Assembly (NCBI RefSeq): GCF_003334785.1 | Contig: NZ_QOWV01000016.1 | From: Escherichia coli | Lineage (GTDB): Bacteria; Pseudomonadota; Gammaproteobacteria; Enterobacterales; Enterobacteriaceae | Length of the DNA stretch: 64,000 bases | Reading direction: 5' to 3' (one strand) | Shown: positions 46,018-57,650 of the stretch, in pieces | Layout: each line of letters begins with the position of its first letter | Position numbering within the stretch: position 1 is the first letter of the stretch | Notes under the pieces: model-generated | Database searches by the model: none | Told to the model about the DNA's origin: nothing | Seen by the model: only the letters and a program-made list of their open reading frames with translations | Translations under genes and position numbers: made by a program

Positions 46018-48351
46018 TTGGCCAACTCATCCTCACGATATTCCGTTCTGACTGCCGCCCATTGGGGGCCCATGCTGGTTGAAACCGACGGCGAAACCGT
46101 GTTTAGCTCGCGTGGCGCGTTAGCCACAGGAATGGAAAACTCCTTGCAGAGCGCGGTTCGCGACCAGGTTCACAGCAATACGCGGGTACGATTTCCAATG
46201 GTGCGAAAAGGCTTTCTTGCGTCACCGGAAAACCCGCAAGGCATTCGTGGGCAGGATGAATTTGTTCGCGTGAGTTGGGATGAGGCGCTGGATCTTATTC
46301 ACCAACAACATAAACGCATTCGTGAGGCTTATGGTCCGGCATCGATTTTTGCTGGTTCCTACGGCTGGCGTTCAAACGGCGTGCTGCATAAGGCCTCGAC
46401 ATTATTACAACGCTATATGGCGCTGGCAGGCGGTTATACCGGGCATCTGGGGGATTATTCGACCGGCGCGGCACAGGCGATCATGCCGTATGTCGTGGGT
46501 GGTAGTGAAGTTTATCAACAGCAGACCAGTTGGCCGCTGGTGCTGGAACATAGCGATGTCGTGGTGCTGTGGAGTGCTAACCCACTCAATACGCTGAAAA
46601 TTGCGTGGAATGCATCCGATGAGCAGGGGCTTTCTTACTTTTCTGCACTGCGTGACAGCGGGAAAAAGCTGATCTGCATTGATCCAATGCGATCGGAAAC
46701 CGTCGATTTCTTTGGCGATAAAATGGAGTGGGTGGCACCGCACATGGGCACCGATGTTGCGCTGATGCTGGGGATCGCCCATACGCTGGTGGAAAATGGT
46801 TGGCACGACGAAGCGTTTCTGGCGCGTTGCACCACAGGTTATGCCGTCTTCGCCTCTTATTTGCTGGGCGAGAGTGACGGAATAGCGAAAACCGCCGAAT
46901 GGGCAGCAGAGATTTGTGGTGTTGGCGCAGCGAAAATCCGCGAGCTGGCGGCTATTTTCCACCAAAATACCACCATGCTGATGGCAGGCTGGGGAATGCA
47001 GCGCCAACAGTTTGGTGAGCAAAAACACTGGATGATCGTCACGCTGGCAGCAATGTTGGGGCAAATCGGCACACCCGGCGGCGGTTTTGGTCTTTCTTAC
47101 CATTTTGCCAATGGTGGTAACCCCACGCGGCGTTCTGCGGTGCTCTCTTCCATGCAGGGCAGCTTGCCGGGTGGCTGCGATGCGGTGGATAAAATCCCTG
47201 TTGCCCGCATTGTTGAAGCACTGGAAAACCCTGGTGGCGCATATCAACACAACGGTATGAACCGACATTTCCCGGATATTCGTTTTATCTGGTGGGCGGG
47301 CGGTGCCAACTTTACTCATCATCAGGATACCAATCGCCTGATCCGTGCCTGGCAAAAACCGGAGCTGGTGGTGATCTCTGAATGCTTCTGGACGGCGGCG
47401 GCAAAACACGCGGATATCGTTCTGCCTGCGACTACCTCTTTTGAGCGTAATGATCTCACCATGACCGGTGATTACAGTAATCAGCATCTGGTGCCGATGA
47501 AGCAAGTGGTGCCGCCACGCTATGAAGCGCGTAATGATTTTGATGTTTTTGCCGAGTTAAGTGAACGCTGGGAGAAGGGCGGTTATGCACGTTTTACGGA
47601 AGGAAAAAGTGAGCTGCAATGGCTGGAAACGTTTTATAACGTTGCCCGACAGCGCGGGGCAAGCCAGCAGGTTGAATTGCCGCCATTTGCTGAGTTCTGG
47701 CAAGCCAACCAGTTAATTGAGATGCCGGAAAACCCGGACAGCGAGCGGTTTATTCGCTTCGCTGATTTTTGCCGCGATCCGCTGGCGCATCCGTTAAAAA
47801 CCGCCAGCGGCAAGATTGAAATCTTCTCACAGCGTATTGCCGATTACGGTTACCCGGATTGCCCTGGGCATCCAATGTGGCTGGAGCCGGACGAATGGCA
47901 GGGCAATGCCGAACCAGAACAGTTGCAGGTACTTTCTGCCCATCCGGCGCACCGCCTGCACAGCCAGCTGAATTACAGTTCTCTGCGCGAATTGTACGCG
48001 GTGGCAAATCGTGAGCCTGTCACCATTCATCCTGACGATGCCCAGGAGCGCGGCATACAAGATGGCGATACTGTTCGGTTGTGGAACGCACGCGGGCAAA
48101 TTCTTGCCGGAGCGGTCATTAGCGAGGGAATTAAACCTGGCGTGATTTGCATTCACGAAGGGGCATGGCCGGATCTGGATTTAACCGCTGACGGTATTTG
48201 TAAAAACGGCGCAGTGAACGTGCTGACCAAAGATCTCCCCAGCTCGCGGCTGGGGAATGGCTGTGCGGGTAATACGGCGCTGGCATGGCTGGAAAAATAC
48301 AACGGTCCGGAACTGACACTTACAGCGTTTGAACCACCGGCCAGCTCATAA
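46018..48351 (+). CDS. bisC: biotin sulfoxide reductase (molybdopterin oxidoreductase)
   Basis: 777-codon ORF recognised; starts at TTG 46018 with SD aggag 46005..46009; 3' end overlaps yiaC by 32 bp. Confidence 0.9.
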
Positions 48352-48760
48352 TCCATGTGGGTAGTTGGGTTTCATCCTGCCATGCGCAATCGACAATGTG
48401 AAAACCCTGTGCCTGGTAAAAATTTATCGCCGGTTGATTTTTTTGATAAACCTCCAGCATCAGGTGGGGATGGCGCTGCTGCACATACTGCATCAGCGCC
48501 TTACCAATACCGCGCCTGACGGCCTTCGGTGCGACAAACATCGCTGCCAGAAATCGGCCTTCCATAATGCTGACAAAACCGAGAAGCTTACCGTCTTCTT
48601 CCCAGACCCAGTTTTGCGCGTTGGCAAGATAGGCATCCCGCACCAGCGGAATGCAGTCACGCCAGTAATTCGCTTTTATAAAGGGATGCCCCCAGGTTGT
48701 ACTTTCCAGCCACAGTTCGAGGATCGCGGGGAGTTCTGAACGTTGCGCTTCCCGAATCAT
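48320..48760 (-). CDS. yiaC: GNAT-family N-acetyltransferase
   Basis: 146-aa ORF recognised; start overlaps tag stop (ATGA). Confidence 0.85.
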   Translation of the reverse strand: MIREAQRSELPAILELWLESTTWGHPFIKANYWRDCIPLVRDAYLANAQNWVWEEDGKLLGFVSIMEGRFLAAMFVAPKAVRRGIGKALMQYVQQRHPHLMLEVYQKNQPAINFYQAQGFHIVDCAWQDETQLPTWIMSWPVVQTL

Positions 48761-49320
48761 GGTTTATTTCCCGGATAGCAACAGCAGCCAACCACATGAT
48801 CATTCACCAGCCCACATGCCTGCATAAAGGAGTAACAGATTGTGGTGCCGACAAACTTAAAACCACGTTTTTTCAGTGCCTTAGATAGGGCGTCGGAGGC
48901 GGACGTAGATGTGGGAATTTCGCTCAACGTTGTGGCTTGTGTCACCTGTGGCTGATGATTTACAAACGACCAGACAAAGTCGACAAACGGTTCGCCGTTC
49001 TGTTCCATTTGCAGGTACGCCCGCGCATTACCAATAATTGCCTGAATTTTCCCTCGATGGCGGATAATCCCGGCGTCCTGTACCAGTCTTTCGACATCCT
49101 CTTCCTGCATTGCTGCGACCTTCACCGGATCGAACTGATGAAAGCAGGCGCGATAGTTTTCGCGTTTTTTGAGGACGGTGATCCACGATAATCCAGCCTG
49201 CTGCCCTTCAAGGCAGATCATTTCGAACAGTTTTTTACTGTCAGTTTCAGGCACGCCCCACTCATTATCATGGTAGGCAATATAAAGCGGGTCCTGACTC
49301 ACCCAGCCGCAACGTTCCAT
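48757..49320 (-). CDS. tag: 3-methyladenine DNA glycosylase I
   Basis: Recognised Tag N-terminus MERCGWVSQDPLYIAYHDNEWGVP at 49320 (187 codons); the track's 79-codon 5' extension is rejected. Confidence 0.9.
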   Translation of the reverse strand: MERCGWVSQDPLYIAYHDNEWGVPETDSKKLFEMICLEGQQAGLSWITVLKKRENYRACFHQFDPVKVAAMQEEDVERLVQDAGIIRHRGKIQAIIGNARAYLQMEQNGEPFVDFVWSFVNHQPQVTQATTLSEIPTSTSASDALSKALKKRGFKFVGTTICYSFMQACGLVNDHVVGCCCYPGNKP

Positions 49321-49477
49321 ACTTTCCCTCGCTATGTACCCGATCGTAAAAATTTCAGCCGCTTTTCTTGACGCATCGGTGAAAAAGTCAATATTTAATA
49401 CAGGGCTACTATGCCCGATATCCTTCATACAATGACAATAATATTGCCGAATTCGGCTCTTCCCTGGAGTCGTGTTA

Positions 49478-50176
49478 ATGATCATAAAAAAAAGCGGTGG
49501 TCGCTGGCAGCTAAGCCTGCTGGCGAGCGTGGTAATCAGTGCCTTTTTTCTCAACACAGCTTACGCCTGGCAACAAGAATATATCGTTGATACGCAACCC
49601 GGACTTTCCACAGAGCGTTACACCTGGGATAGTGATCATCAACCTGATTACAACGATATTTTGTCGCAACGTATTCAAAGTAGCCAAAGGGCGCTGGGAC
49701 TGGAAGTCAATCTGGCGGAAGAAACCCCTGTGGATGTGACCAGCAGTATGAGTATGGGCTGGAATTTTCCTTTATATGAACAGGTTACAACCGGCCCGGT
49801 CGCGGCATTACATTACGATGGCACAACCACCTCGATGTATAACGAGTTTGGCGACAGTACTACCACGCTGACCGATCCGTTATGGCATGCCAGCGTGAGT
49901 ACCTTAGGCTGGCGTGTTGACTCCCGGCTTGGCGATCTCCGACCCTGGGCGCAAATCAGCTATAACCAGCAATTTGGCGAGAATATCTGGAAGGCGCAAT
50001 CAGGCCTGAGCCGGATGACGGCGACAAACCAGAACGGCAACTGGCTGGATGTCACCGTAGGCGCTGATATGTTGCTCAATCAAAATATTGCCGCCTATGC
50101 CGCGCTAACTCAGGCAGAAAATACCACTAATAATAGCGACTATCTGTATACGATGGGGGTTAGCGCCAGATTTTAA
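49478..50176 (+). CDS. yhjY: outer-membrane autotransporter beta-barrel domain protein
   Basis: 232-codon frame from ATG 49478 (SD ggag 49466..49469); signal peptide then barrel ending ...GVSARF. Confidence 0.85.
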   Translation: MIIKKSGGRWQLSLLASVVISAFFLNTAYAWQQEYIVDTQPGLSTERYTWDSDHQPDYNDILSQRIQSSQRALGLEVNLAEETPVDVTSSMSMGWNFPLYEQVTTGPVAALHYDGTTTSMYNEFGDSTTTLTDPLWHASVSTLGWRVDSRLGDLRPWAQISYNQQFGENIWKAQSGLSRMTATNQNGNWLDVTVGADMLLNQNIAAYAALTQAENTTNNSDYLYTMGVSARF

Positions 50177-50290
50177 CGTAACAGTCACAATTGAAACCAT
50201 TAAATAACAATAGTTGTGGCGATAGTGGGTGCTAACTTACCAAATAATAAATTTGGTGAATAATTGTCGCGTCATTCATTCCTGAACTAA

Positions 50291-50321
50291 GGCATTTCAT
50301 TCCGTTCTGATGGCATTTCAT
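50291..50321 (+). promoter_or_regulatory. direct repeat GGCATTTCAT-N11-GGCATTTCAT upstream of yhjX (probable LytTR-type YpdB site)
   Basis: Exact 10-bp repeats at 50291..50300 and 50312..50321, about 85 bp upstream of the yhjX ATG. Confidence 0.6.
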
Positions 50322-50404
50322 GCCGTTTTTCCCCAGGCATAAAGTGCACTTCGTTATGGTTGTCGGCAGAGATTTTTCCTTTTTATTACTGCAGGAATAC
50401 TGCC

Positions 50405-51613
50405 ATGACACCTTCAAATTATCAGCGTACCCGCTGGCTGACACTCATCGGTACTATCATTACCCAGTTTGCGCTGGGGTCGGTTTATACCTGGAGCCTG
50501 TTTAATGGCGCGCTTTCCGCCAAGCTGGATGCGCCGGTAAGCCAGGTCGCTTTCTCTTTCGGCTTGTTAAGTCTGGGGCTGGCAATTTCGTCTTCTGTTG
50601 CGGGCAAATTACAGGAACGTTTTGGCGTTAAACGCGTCACCATGGCTTCCGGCATTTTGCTGGGATTAGGCTTCTTCCTGACAGCGCATTCTGACAACCT
50701 GATGATGCTGTGGTTAAGCGCCGGTGTGCTGGTGGGACTGGCAGATGGCGCGGGTTATCTGCTGACGCTCTCTAACTGTGTGAAGTGGTTCCCGGAGCGT
50801 AAAGGTCTGATCTCCGCGTTCGCTATCGGTTCTTATGGTCTGGGTAGCCTGGGTTTCAAATTTATCGACACGCAGCTGCTGGAAACGGTCGGTCTGGAAA
50901 AAACCTTTGTGATTTGGGGAGCGATTGCGCTGTTGATGATTGTTTTCGGCGCAACGTTAATGAAAGACGCACCAAAACAGGAAGTGAAAACCAGCAATGG
51001 TGTGGTGGAGAAAGATTACACGCTGGCAGAGTCGATGCGTAAACCGCAGTACTGGATGTTAGCGGTAATGTTCCTGACCGCCTGCATGAGCGGCCTGTAC
51101 GTGATTGGGGTAGCGAAAGATATCGCCCAAAGTCTGGCACACCTTGATGTGGTTTCCGCAGCCAATGCAGTCACTGTTATTTCCATCGCCAACCTTTCAG
51201 GTCGTCTGGTGCTGGGTATTCTGTCTGACAAAATCGCCCGTATCCGTGTTATTACCATTGGTCAGGTGATATCGCTGGTGGGTATGGCGGCCCTGCTGTT
51301 TGCACCATTGAATGCAGTGACGTTCTTTGCAGCGATTGCCTGCGTGGCATTTAACTTTGGCGGCACTATTACCGTCTTTCCGTCACTGGTCAGTGAGTTC
51401 TTTGGCCTCAATAACCTGGCGAAAAACTACGGTGTGATTTATCTCGGTTTCGGTATCGGTAGCATTTGTGGTTCGATTATCGCCTCACTGTTTGGCGGCT
51501 TCTATGTGACCTTCTACGTGATTTTCGCCCTGCTGATTCTGTCATTGGCGCTTTCTACGACGATTCGTCAGCCAGAGCAGAAAATGTTGCGTGAGGCGCA
51601 TGGCTCCCTTTAA
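50405..51613 (+). CDS. yhjX: MFS transporter (oxalate/formate antiporter family)
   Basis: Recognised N-terminus MTPSNYQRTRWLTLIGTIITQFALGSVYTW at 50405 (402 codons). Confidence 0.9.
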   Translation: MTPSNYQRTRWLTLIGTIITQFALGSVYTWSLFNGALSAKLDAPVSQVAFSFGLLSLGLAISSSVAGKLQERFGVKRVTMASGILLGLGFFLTAHSDNLMMLWLSAGVLVGLADGAGYLLTLSNCVKWFPERKGLISAFAIGSYGLGSLGFKFIDTQLLETVGLEKTFVIWGAIALLMIVFGATLMKDAPKQEVKTSNGVVEKDYTLAESMRKPQYWMLAVMFLTACMSGLYVIGVAKDIAQSLAHLDVVSAANAVTVISIANLSGRLVLGILSDKIARIRVITIGQVISLVGMAALLFAPLNAVTFFAAIACVAFNFGGTITVFPSLVSEFFGLNNLAKNYGVIYLGFGIGSICGSIIASLFGGFYVTFYVIFALLILSLALSTTIRQPEQKMLREAHGSL

Positions 51614-51936
51614 TGCTCAGCCGCGAGCTACTGGGCTTCAGCTTCCGTGTGCATCAAACGCATCAACGAAATGTATAAACAATGACTCGTAAAATTTGGG
51701 CCAATTAACTGGCCCTTTTTACTGCTTTTTGTAACGCTAAAGTCTCTTTTCAAACTTGCATTTTTGTAAATTTGTGCTTCATGCACACTCTTTCCCCACA
51801 CTTTTTCCCTTTGCTGTGGTCTACTTATTCGCGCGTGTAGATTTTACTTATCTGACTACCTCCGCACTTTTTCCCTGCCGGGCCTGAAAAGCCACTAAGC
51901 AGGGTGTTATCACCTGTTTGTCCAGGGTTTGTTTGC

Positions 51937-53628
51937 ATGAGATACATCAAATCGATTACACAGCAGAAGCTGAGCTTTTTGCTTGCAATCTATATTGGCC
52001 TTTTTATGAATGGCGCGGTTTTTTACCGCCGCTTCGGCAGCTATGCGCACGATTTTACCGTCTGGAAAGGCATTTCTGCTGTTGTTGAACTGGCCGCCAC
52101 CGTACTGGTGACCTTCTTTTTACTACGTCTTCTTTCGCTGTTTGGCCGCCGCAGCTGGCGTATTCTGGCATCGCTGGTGGTGCTCTTTTCCGCAGGTGCC
52201 AGCTATTACATGACCTTCCTTAATGTGGTCATTGGTTATGGCATCATCGCTTCCGTCATGACCACCGATATCGACCTGTCAAAAGAAGTTGTTGGTCTGA
52301 ACTTTATTCTCTGGTTAATCGCCGTTAGTGCATTGCCTCTTATCCTTATCTGGAATAACCGCTGTCGCTACACCTTGCTCCGACAACTGCGAACCCCAGG
52401 GCAGCGTATTCGCAGCCTGGCGGTCGTCGTACTGGCGGGTATTATGGTTTGGGCACCGATTCGTTTGCTGGATATCCAGCAGAAGAAAGTGGAGAGGGCG
52501 ACCGGCGTTGATTTGCCGAGTTATGGCGGTGTCGTAGCGAACTCTTATCTGCCATCAAACTGGCTTTCTGCGTTGGGGCTGTATGCCTGGGCGCGGGTCG
52601 ATGAATCTTCCGATAATAATTCATTGCTTAATCCGGCGAAGAAATTCACTTATCAGGCACCGCAAAACGTTGATGACACTTATGTCGTGTTTATCATCGG
52701 TGAAACCACGCGTTGGGACCATATGGGTATTTTCGGCTATGAGCGTAATACCACGCCGAAACTGGCCCAGGAGAAAAATCTGGCGGCGTTCCGTGGTTAC
52801 TCCTGTGATACCGCAACCAAACTCTCACTGCGTTGCATGTTTGTACGTCAGGGGGGCGCGGAAGATAATCCGCAGCGCACATTAAAAGAACAGAACATTT
52901 TCGCGGTTCTGAAGCAGTTAGGATTCAGTTCTGACCTCTACGCTATGCAGAGCGAAATGTGGTTCTACAGCAACACGATGGCGGACAACATTGCTTATCG
53001 TGAGCAGATTGGTGCGGAGCCACGTAATCGTGGCAAGCCGGTAGATGATATGTTGCTGGTAGACGAAATGCAGCAATCGCTAGGGCGCAACCCGGATGGT
53101 AAGCATCTGATCATTCTGCATACCAAAGGTTCGCATTTTAACTACACCCAGCGTTATCCGCGTAGCTTCGCGCAGTGGAAGCCGGAATGTATTGGTGTTG
53201 ATAGCGGCTGTACCAAAGCGCAGATGATCAACTCCTATGACAACTCGGTGACCTATGTGGATCACTTTATCTCCAGCGTGATTGATCAGGTTCGCGATAA
53301 GAAAGCGATTGTGTTCTACGCAGCTGACCACGGTGAGTCAATTAATGAACGCGAGCACCTGCACGGCACGCCGCGTGAACTGGCACCGCCGGAGCAGTTC
53401 CGCGTACCGATGATGGTCTGGATGTCAGATAAATATCTGGAAAATCCGGCCAATGCGCAGGCGTTTGCGCAGCTGAAAAAAGAAGCCGACATGAAAGTGC
53501 CACGCCGTCACGTAGAGCTGTACGATACCATCATGGGTTGTCTTGGCTATACTTCACCGGATGGTGGAATTAACGAAAACAACAACTGGTGTCACATCCC
53601 GCAGGCAAAAGAGGCAGCGGCTAACTAA
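51937..53628 (+). CDS. eptB: Kdo2-lipid A phosphoethanolamine transferase
   Basis: Recognised N-terminus [26 protein letters not shown] at 51937 (563 codons); sulfatase-like periplasmic domain. Confidence 0.9.
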
Positions 53629-53679
53629 GCGGCCTGCTGACTTTCTCGCCGATCAAAAGGCATTTTGCTATTAAGGGAT

Positions 53680-53708
53680 TGACGAGGGCGTATCTGCGCA
53701 GTAAGATG
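53680..53708 (+). promoter_or_regulatory. sigma70 promoter of tRNA-Pro
   Basis: -35 ttgacg (53680..53685), 17-bp spacer, -10 taagat (53703..53708), GC-rich discriminator gcgcccc, tRNA 5' end 12 nt downstream. Confidence 0.75.
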
Positions 53709-53719
53709 CGCCCCGCATT

Positions 53720-54053
<334 letters not shown>

Positions 54054-54055
54054 CG

Positions 54056-54140
54056 TAGGCCTGATAAGACGCGTCAGCGTCGCATCAGGCAAATGTGCCG
54101 GCCATTGTCGGATGCGGCGCGACCGCCTTATTCGACCTAC
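54056..54140. repeat. REP/BIME palindromic units
   Basis: gtaggcctgataagacgcgtcagcgtcgcatcaggc ... gccggccattgtcggatgcggcgcgaccgccttattcgacctac. Confidence 0.7.
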
Positions 54141-54706
54141 ACGACACACATTTCCCTGCCAAATTTGCGCCCCATATCTCACTATCCATTAACGGATTTG
54201 TGACAGAAACCATTGTCTTTTTTTATATTTGCTTAAATCTTTTTTTGCGTTACTTATGGCTGGCCCTGGCATTTTCCGCTGTGCGTTTTAGCGTTCATGG
54301 TATTAATCGCTCAGATATCCACCTTTTCCTCAGATTTTTTTCATTAAATGCATAAAACTTAATCACCAAATGTTGCTAAATATTAAGCTGATTGTTCTGG
54401 TCATGTTGGAGTAGCACAAATTTCTCTGCTGCAAATAGCTGTTTGAAGTTTTTTTAATCTTTGTTTGTGGATTCTCACCGTTGGTGTAAATCCCGGTTGG
54501 CTGTATTGACGTTTTCACATTCTGTTGACAGATTGTAGGTCACGAGGGGCATTTTATGGAGGATCCGCACTGTTACACTGATGTTAATTAGTACGGCATC
54601 CCCACCTCATAACGTTGACCCGACCGGGCAAAAAACAAAAAAGGTCAGGCAGCGACAACCCACTGCAAAGGGTTAAAACAACAAACATCACAATTGGAGC
54701 AGAATA

Positions 54707-56314
54707 ATGCGTATTTCCTTGAAAAAGTCAGGGATGCTGAAGCTTGGTCTCAGCCTGGTGGCTATGACCGTCGCAGCAAGTGTTCAGGCTAAAACTCTGG
54801 TTTATTGCTCAGAAGGATCTCCGGAAGGGTTTAACCCGCAGCTGTTTACCTCCGGCACCACCTATGACGCCTCTTCCGTCCCGCTTTATAACCGTCTGGT
54901 TGAATTTAAAATCGGCACCACCGAAGTGATCCCGGGCCTCGCTGAAAAGTGGGAAGTCAGCGAAGACGGTAAAACCTATACCTTCCATCTGCGTAAAGGT
55001 GTGAAGTGGCACGACAATAAAGAATTCAAACCGACGCGTGAACTGAACGCCGATGATGTGGTGTTCTCGTTCGATCGTCAGAAAAACGCGCAAAACCCGT
55101 ACCATAAAGTTTCTGGCGGCAGCTACGAATACTTCGAAGGCATGGGCTTGCCAGAGCTGATCAGTGAAGTGAAAAAGGTGGACGACAACACCGTTCAGTT
55201 TGTGCTGACTCGCCCGGAAGCGCCGTTCCTCGCTGACCTGGCAATGGACTTCGCCTCTATTCTGTCAAAAGAATATGCTGATGCGATGATGAAAGCCGGT
55301 ACACCGGAAAAACTGGACCTCAACCCAATCGGAACCGGTCCGTTCCAGTTACAGCAGTATCAAAAAGATTCCCGTATCCGCTACAAAGCGTTTGATGGCT
55401 ACTGGGGCACCAAACCGCAGATCGATACGCTGGTTTTCTCTATTACCCCTGACGCTTCCGTGCGTTACGCGAAATTGCAGAAGAATGAATGCCAGGTGAT
55501 GCCGTACCCGAACCCGGCAGATATCGCTCGCATGAAGCAGGATAAATCCATCAATCTGATGGAAATGCCGGGGCTGAACGTCGGTTATCTCTCGTATAAC
55601 GTGCAGAAAAAACCACTCGATGACGTGAAAGTTCGCCAGGCTCTGACCTACGCGGTGAACAAAGACGCGATCATCAAAGCGGTTTATCAGGGCGCGGGCG
55701 TATCAGCGAAAAACCTGATCCCGCCAACCATGTGGGGCTATAACGACGACGTTCAGGACTACACCTACGATCCTGAAAAAGCGAAAGCCTTGCTGAAAGA
55801 AGCGGGTCTGGAAAAAGGTTTCTCCATCGACCTGTGGGCGATGCCGGTACAACGTCCGTATAACCCGAACGCTCGCCGCATGGCGGAGATGATTCAGGCA
55901 GACTGGGCGAAAGTCGGCGTGCAGGCCAAAATTGTCACCTACGAATGGGGTGAGTACCTCAAGCGTGCGAAAGATGGCGAGCACCAGACGGTAATGATGG
56001 GCTGGACTGGCGATAACGGGGATCCGGATAACTTCTTCGCCACCCTGTTCAGCTGCGCCGCCTCTGAACAAGGCTCCAACTACTCAAAATGGTGCTACAA
56101 ACCGTTTGAAGATCTGATTCAACCGGCGCGTGCTACCGACGACCACAATAAACGCGTTGAACTGTACAAACAAGCGCAGGTGGTGATGCACGATCAGGCT
56201 CCGGCACTGATCATCGCTCACTCCACCGTGTTTGAACCGGTACGTAAAGAAGTTAAAGGCTATGTGGTTGATCCATTAGGCAAACATCACTTCGAAAACG
56301 TCTCTATCGAATAA
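54707..56314 (+). CDS. dppA: dipeptide ABC transporter periplasmic binding protein
   Basis: 535-aa ORF with signal peptide, recognised; SD ggag at 54696..54699. Confidence 0.95.
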   Translation: MRISLKKSGMLKLGLSLVAMTVAASVQAKTLVYCSEGSPEGFNPQLFTSGTTYDASSVPLYNRLVEFKIGTTEVIPGLAEKWEVSEDGKTYTFHLRKGVKWHDNKEFKPTRELNADDVVFSFDRQKNAQNPYHKVSGGSYEYFEGMGLPELISEVKKVDDNTVQFVLTRPEAPFLADLAMDFASILSKEYADAMMKAGTPEKLDLNPIGTGPFQLQQYQKDSRIRYKAFDGYWGTKPQIDTLVFSITPDASVRYAKLQKNECQVMPYPNPADIARMKQDKSINLMEMPGLNVGYLSYNVQKKPLDDVKVRQALTYAVNKDAIIKAVYQGAGVSAKNLIPPTMWGYNDDVQDYTYDPEKAKALLKEAGLEKGFSIDLWAMPVQRPYNPNARRMAEMIQADWAKVGVQAKIVTYEWGEYLKRAKDGEHQTVMMGWTGDNGDPDNFFATLFSCAASEQGSNYSKWCYKPFEDLIQPARATDDHNKRVELYKQAQVVMHDQAPALIIAHSTVFEPVRKEVKGYVVDPLGKHHFENVSIE

Positions 56315-56341
56315 TTAAAAGCCATACAAGACTGATGGCAA

Positions 56342-56450
56342 AGGCAAAAATGCCTGATGCGCTCCGCTTATCAGGCCTACGAAAATTCTGCAATGTATTG
56401 AATTTGCACGATTTTGTAGGCCGGATAAGGCGTTAACGCCGCATCCGGCA
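56342..56450. repeat. REP/BIME palindromic units between dppA and dppB
   Basis: gcctgatgcgctccgcttatcaggcctac ... gtaggccggataaggcgttaacgccgcatccggca. Confidence 0.7.
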
Positions 56451-56621
56451 TAAACAAAGCGCACTTTGTCAACAATCTGTATACCCGGTGGCGCTGTGCC
56501 TCTGCGTGCAGCGCCATCCGGCAGCAATACTTCATTCCCTGTCCGATAAGGGCGGGAATTGATTTGTGAGCAATACAGACACGCAGTTCCAGGCTGCGGG
56601 TCACTATAGAGAATCCGGGTT

Positions 56622-57641
56622 ATGTTGCAGTTTATTCTCCGACGTTTGGGACTCGTCATCCCCACGTTTATCGGTATTACCCTTCTCACATTTGCCTTTG
56701 TCCACATGATCCCGGGCGATCCGGTGATGATCATGGCGGGCGAACGTGGGATCTCCCCAGAGCGTCACGCGCAGCTGCTGGCTGAACTCGGCTTAGATAA
56801 ACCGATGTGGCAGCAGTATCTCCATTACATTTGGGGCGTTATGCATGGCGATCTAGGCATTTCAATGAAAAGCCGCATCCCGGTTTGGGAAGAGTTCGTG
56901 CCGCGCTTCCAGGCCACGCTGGAACTTGGCGTCTGCGCGATGATTTTTGCTACGGCAGTCGGTATTCCGGTCGGCGTGCTGGCTGCGGTTAAACGCGGTT
57001 CCATTTTCGATCACACAGCGGTTGGCCTGGCGCTGACAGGTTATTCAATGCCTATCTTCTGGTGGGGCATGATGCTGATCATGCTGGTTTCGGTGCACTG
57101 GAACCTGACGCCCGTCTCCGGTCGCGTGAGCGATATGGTGTTCCTCGATGACTCCAATCCGTTAACCGGTTTTATGCTAATCGACACCGCCATCTGGGGT
57201 GAAGACGGCAACTTTATCGATGCCGTCGCCCATATGATCTTGCCTGCCATTGTGCTGGGTACTATTCCGCTGGCGGTCATTGTGCGTATGACACGCTCCT
57301 CGATGCTGGAAGTGCTGGGCGAGGATTACATCCGCACCGCGCGCGCCAAAGGGCTAACCCGCATGCGGGTGATTATCGTCCATGCGCTGCGTAACGCGAT
57401 GCTGCCGGTGGTGACCGTTATCGGCCTGCAGGTGGGAACATTGCTGGCGGGGGCGATTCTGACCGAAACCATCTTCTCGTGGCCCGGTCTGGGACGCTGG
57501 TTGATTGACGCACTGCAACGCCGCGACTATCCGGTAGTGCAGGGCGGCGTATTGCTGGTGGCGACGATGATTATCCTCGTCAACTTGCTGGTCGATCTGC
57601 TGTACGGCGTGGTGAACCCGCGTATTCGTCATAAGAAGTAA
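56622..57641 (+). CDS. dppB: dipeptide ABC transporter permease
   Basis: 339-aa ORF recognised. Confidence 0.95.
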   Translation: MLQFILRRLGLVIPTFIGITLLTFAFVHMIPGDPVMIMAGERGISPERHAQLLAELGLDKPMWQQYLHYIWGVMHGDLGISMKSRIPVWEEFVPRFQATLELGVCAMIFATAVGIPVGVLAAVKRGSIFDHTAVGLALTGYSMPIFWWGMMLIMLVSVHWNLTPVSGRVSDMVFLDDSNPLTGFMLIDTAIWGEDGNFIDAVAHMILPAIVLGTIPLAVIVRMTRSSMLEVLGEDYIRTARAKGLTRMRVIIVHALRNAMLPVVTVIGLQVGTLLAGAILTETIFSWPGLGRWLIDALQRRDYPVVQGGVLLVATMIILVNLLVDLLYGVVNPRIRHKK

Positions 57642-57650
57642 GGGGACATC

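Noticed and set aside
46405-47505. 366-aa ORF on the minus strand
   Set aside because: Antisense to bisC; shadow ORF.
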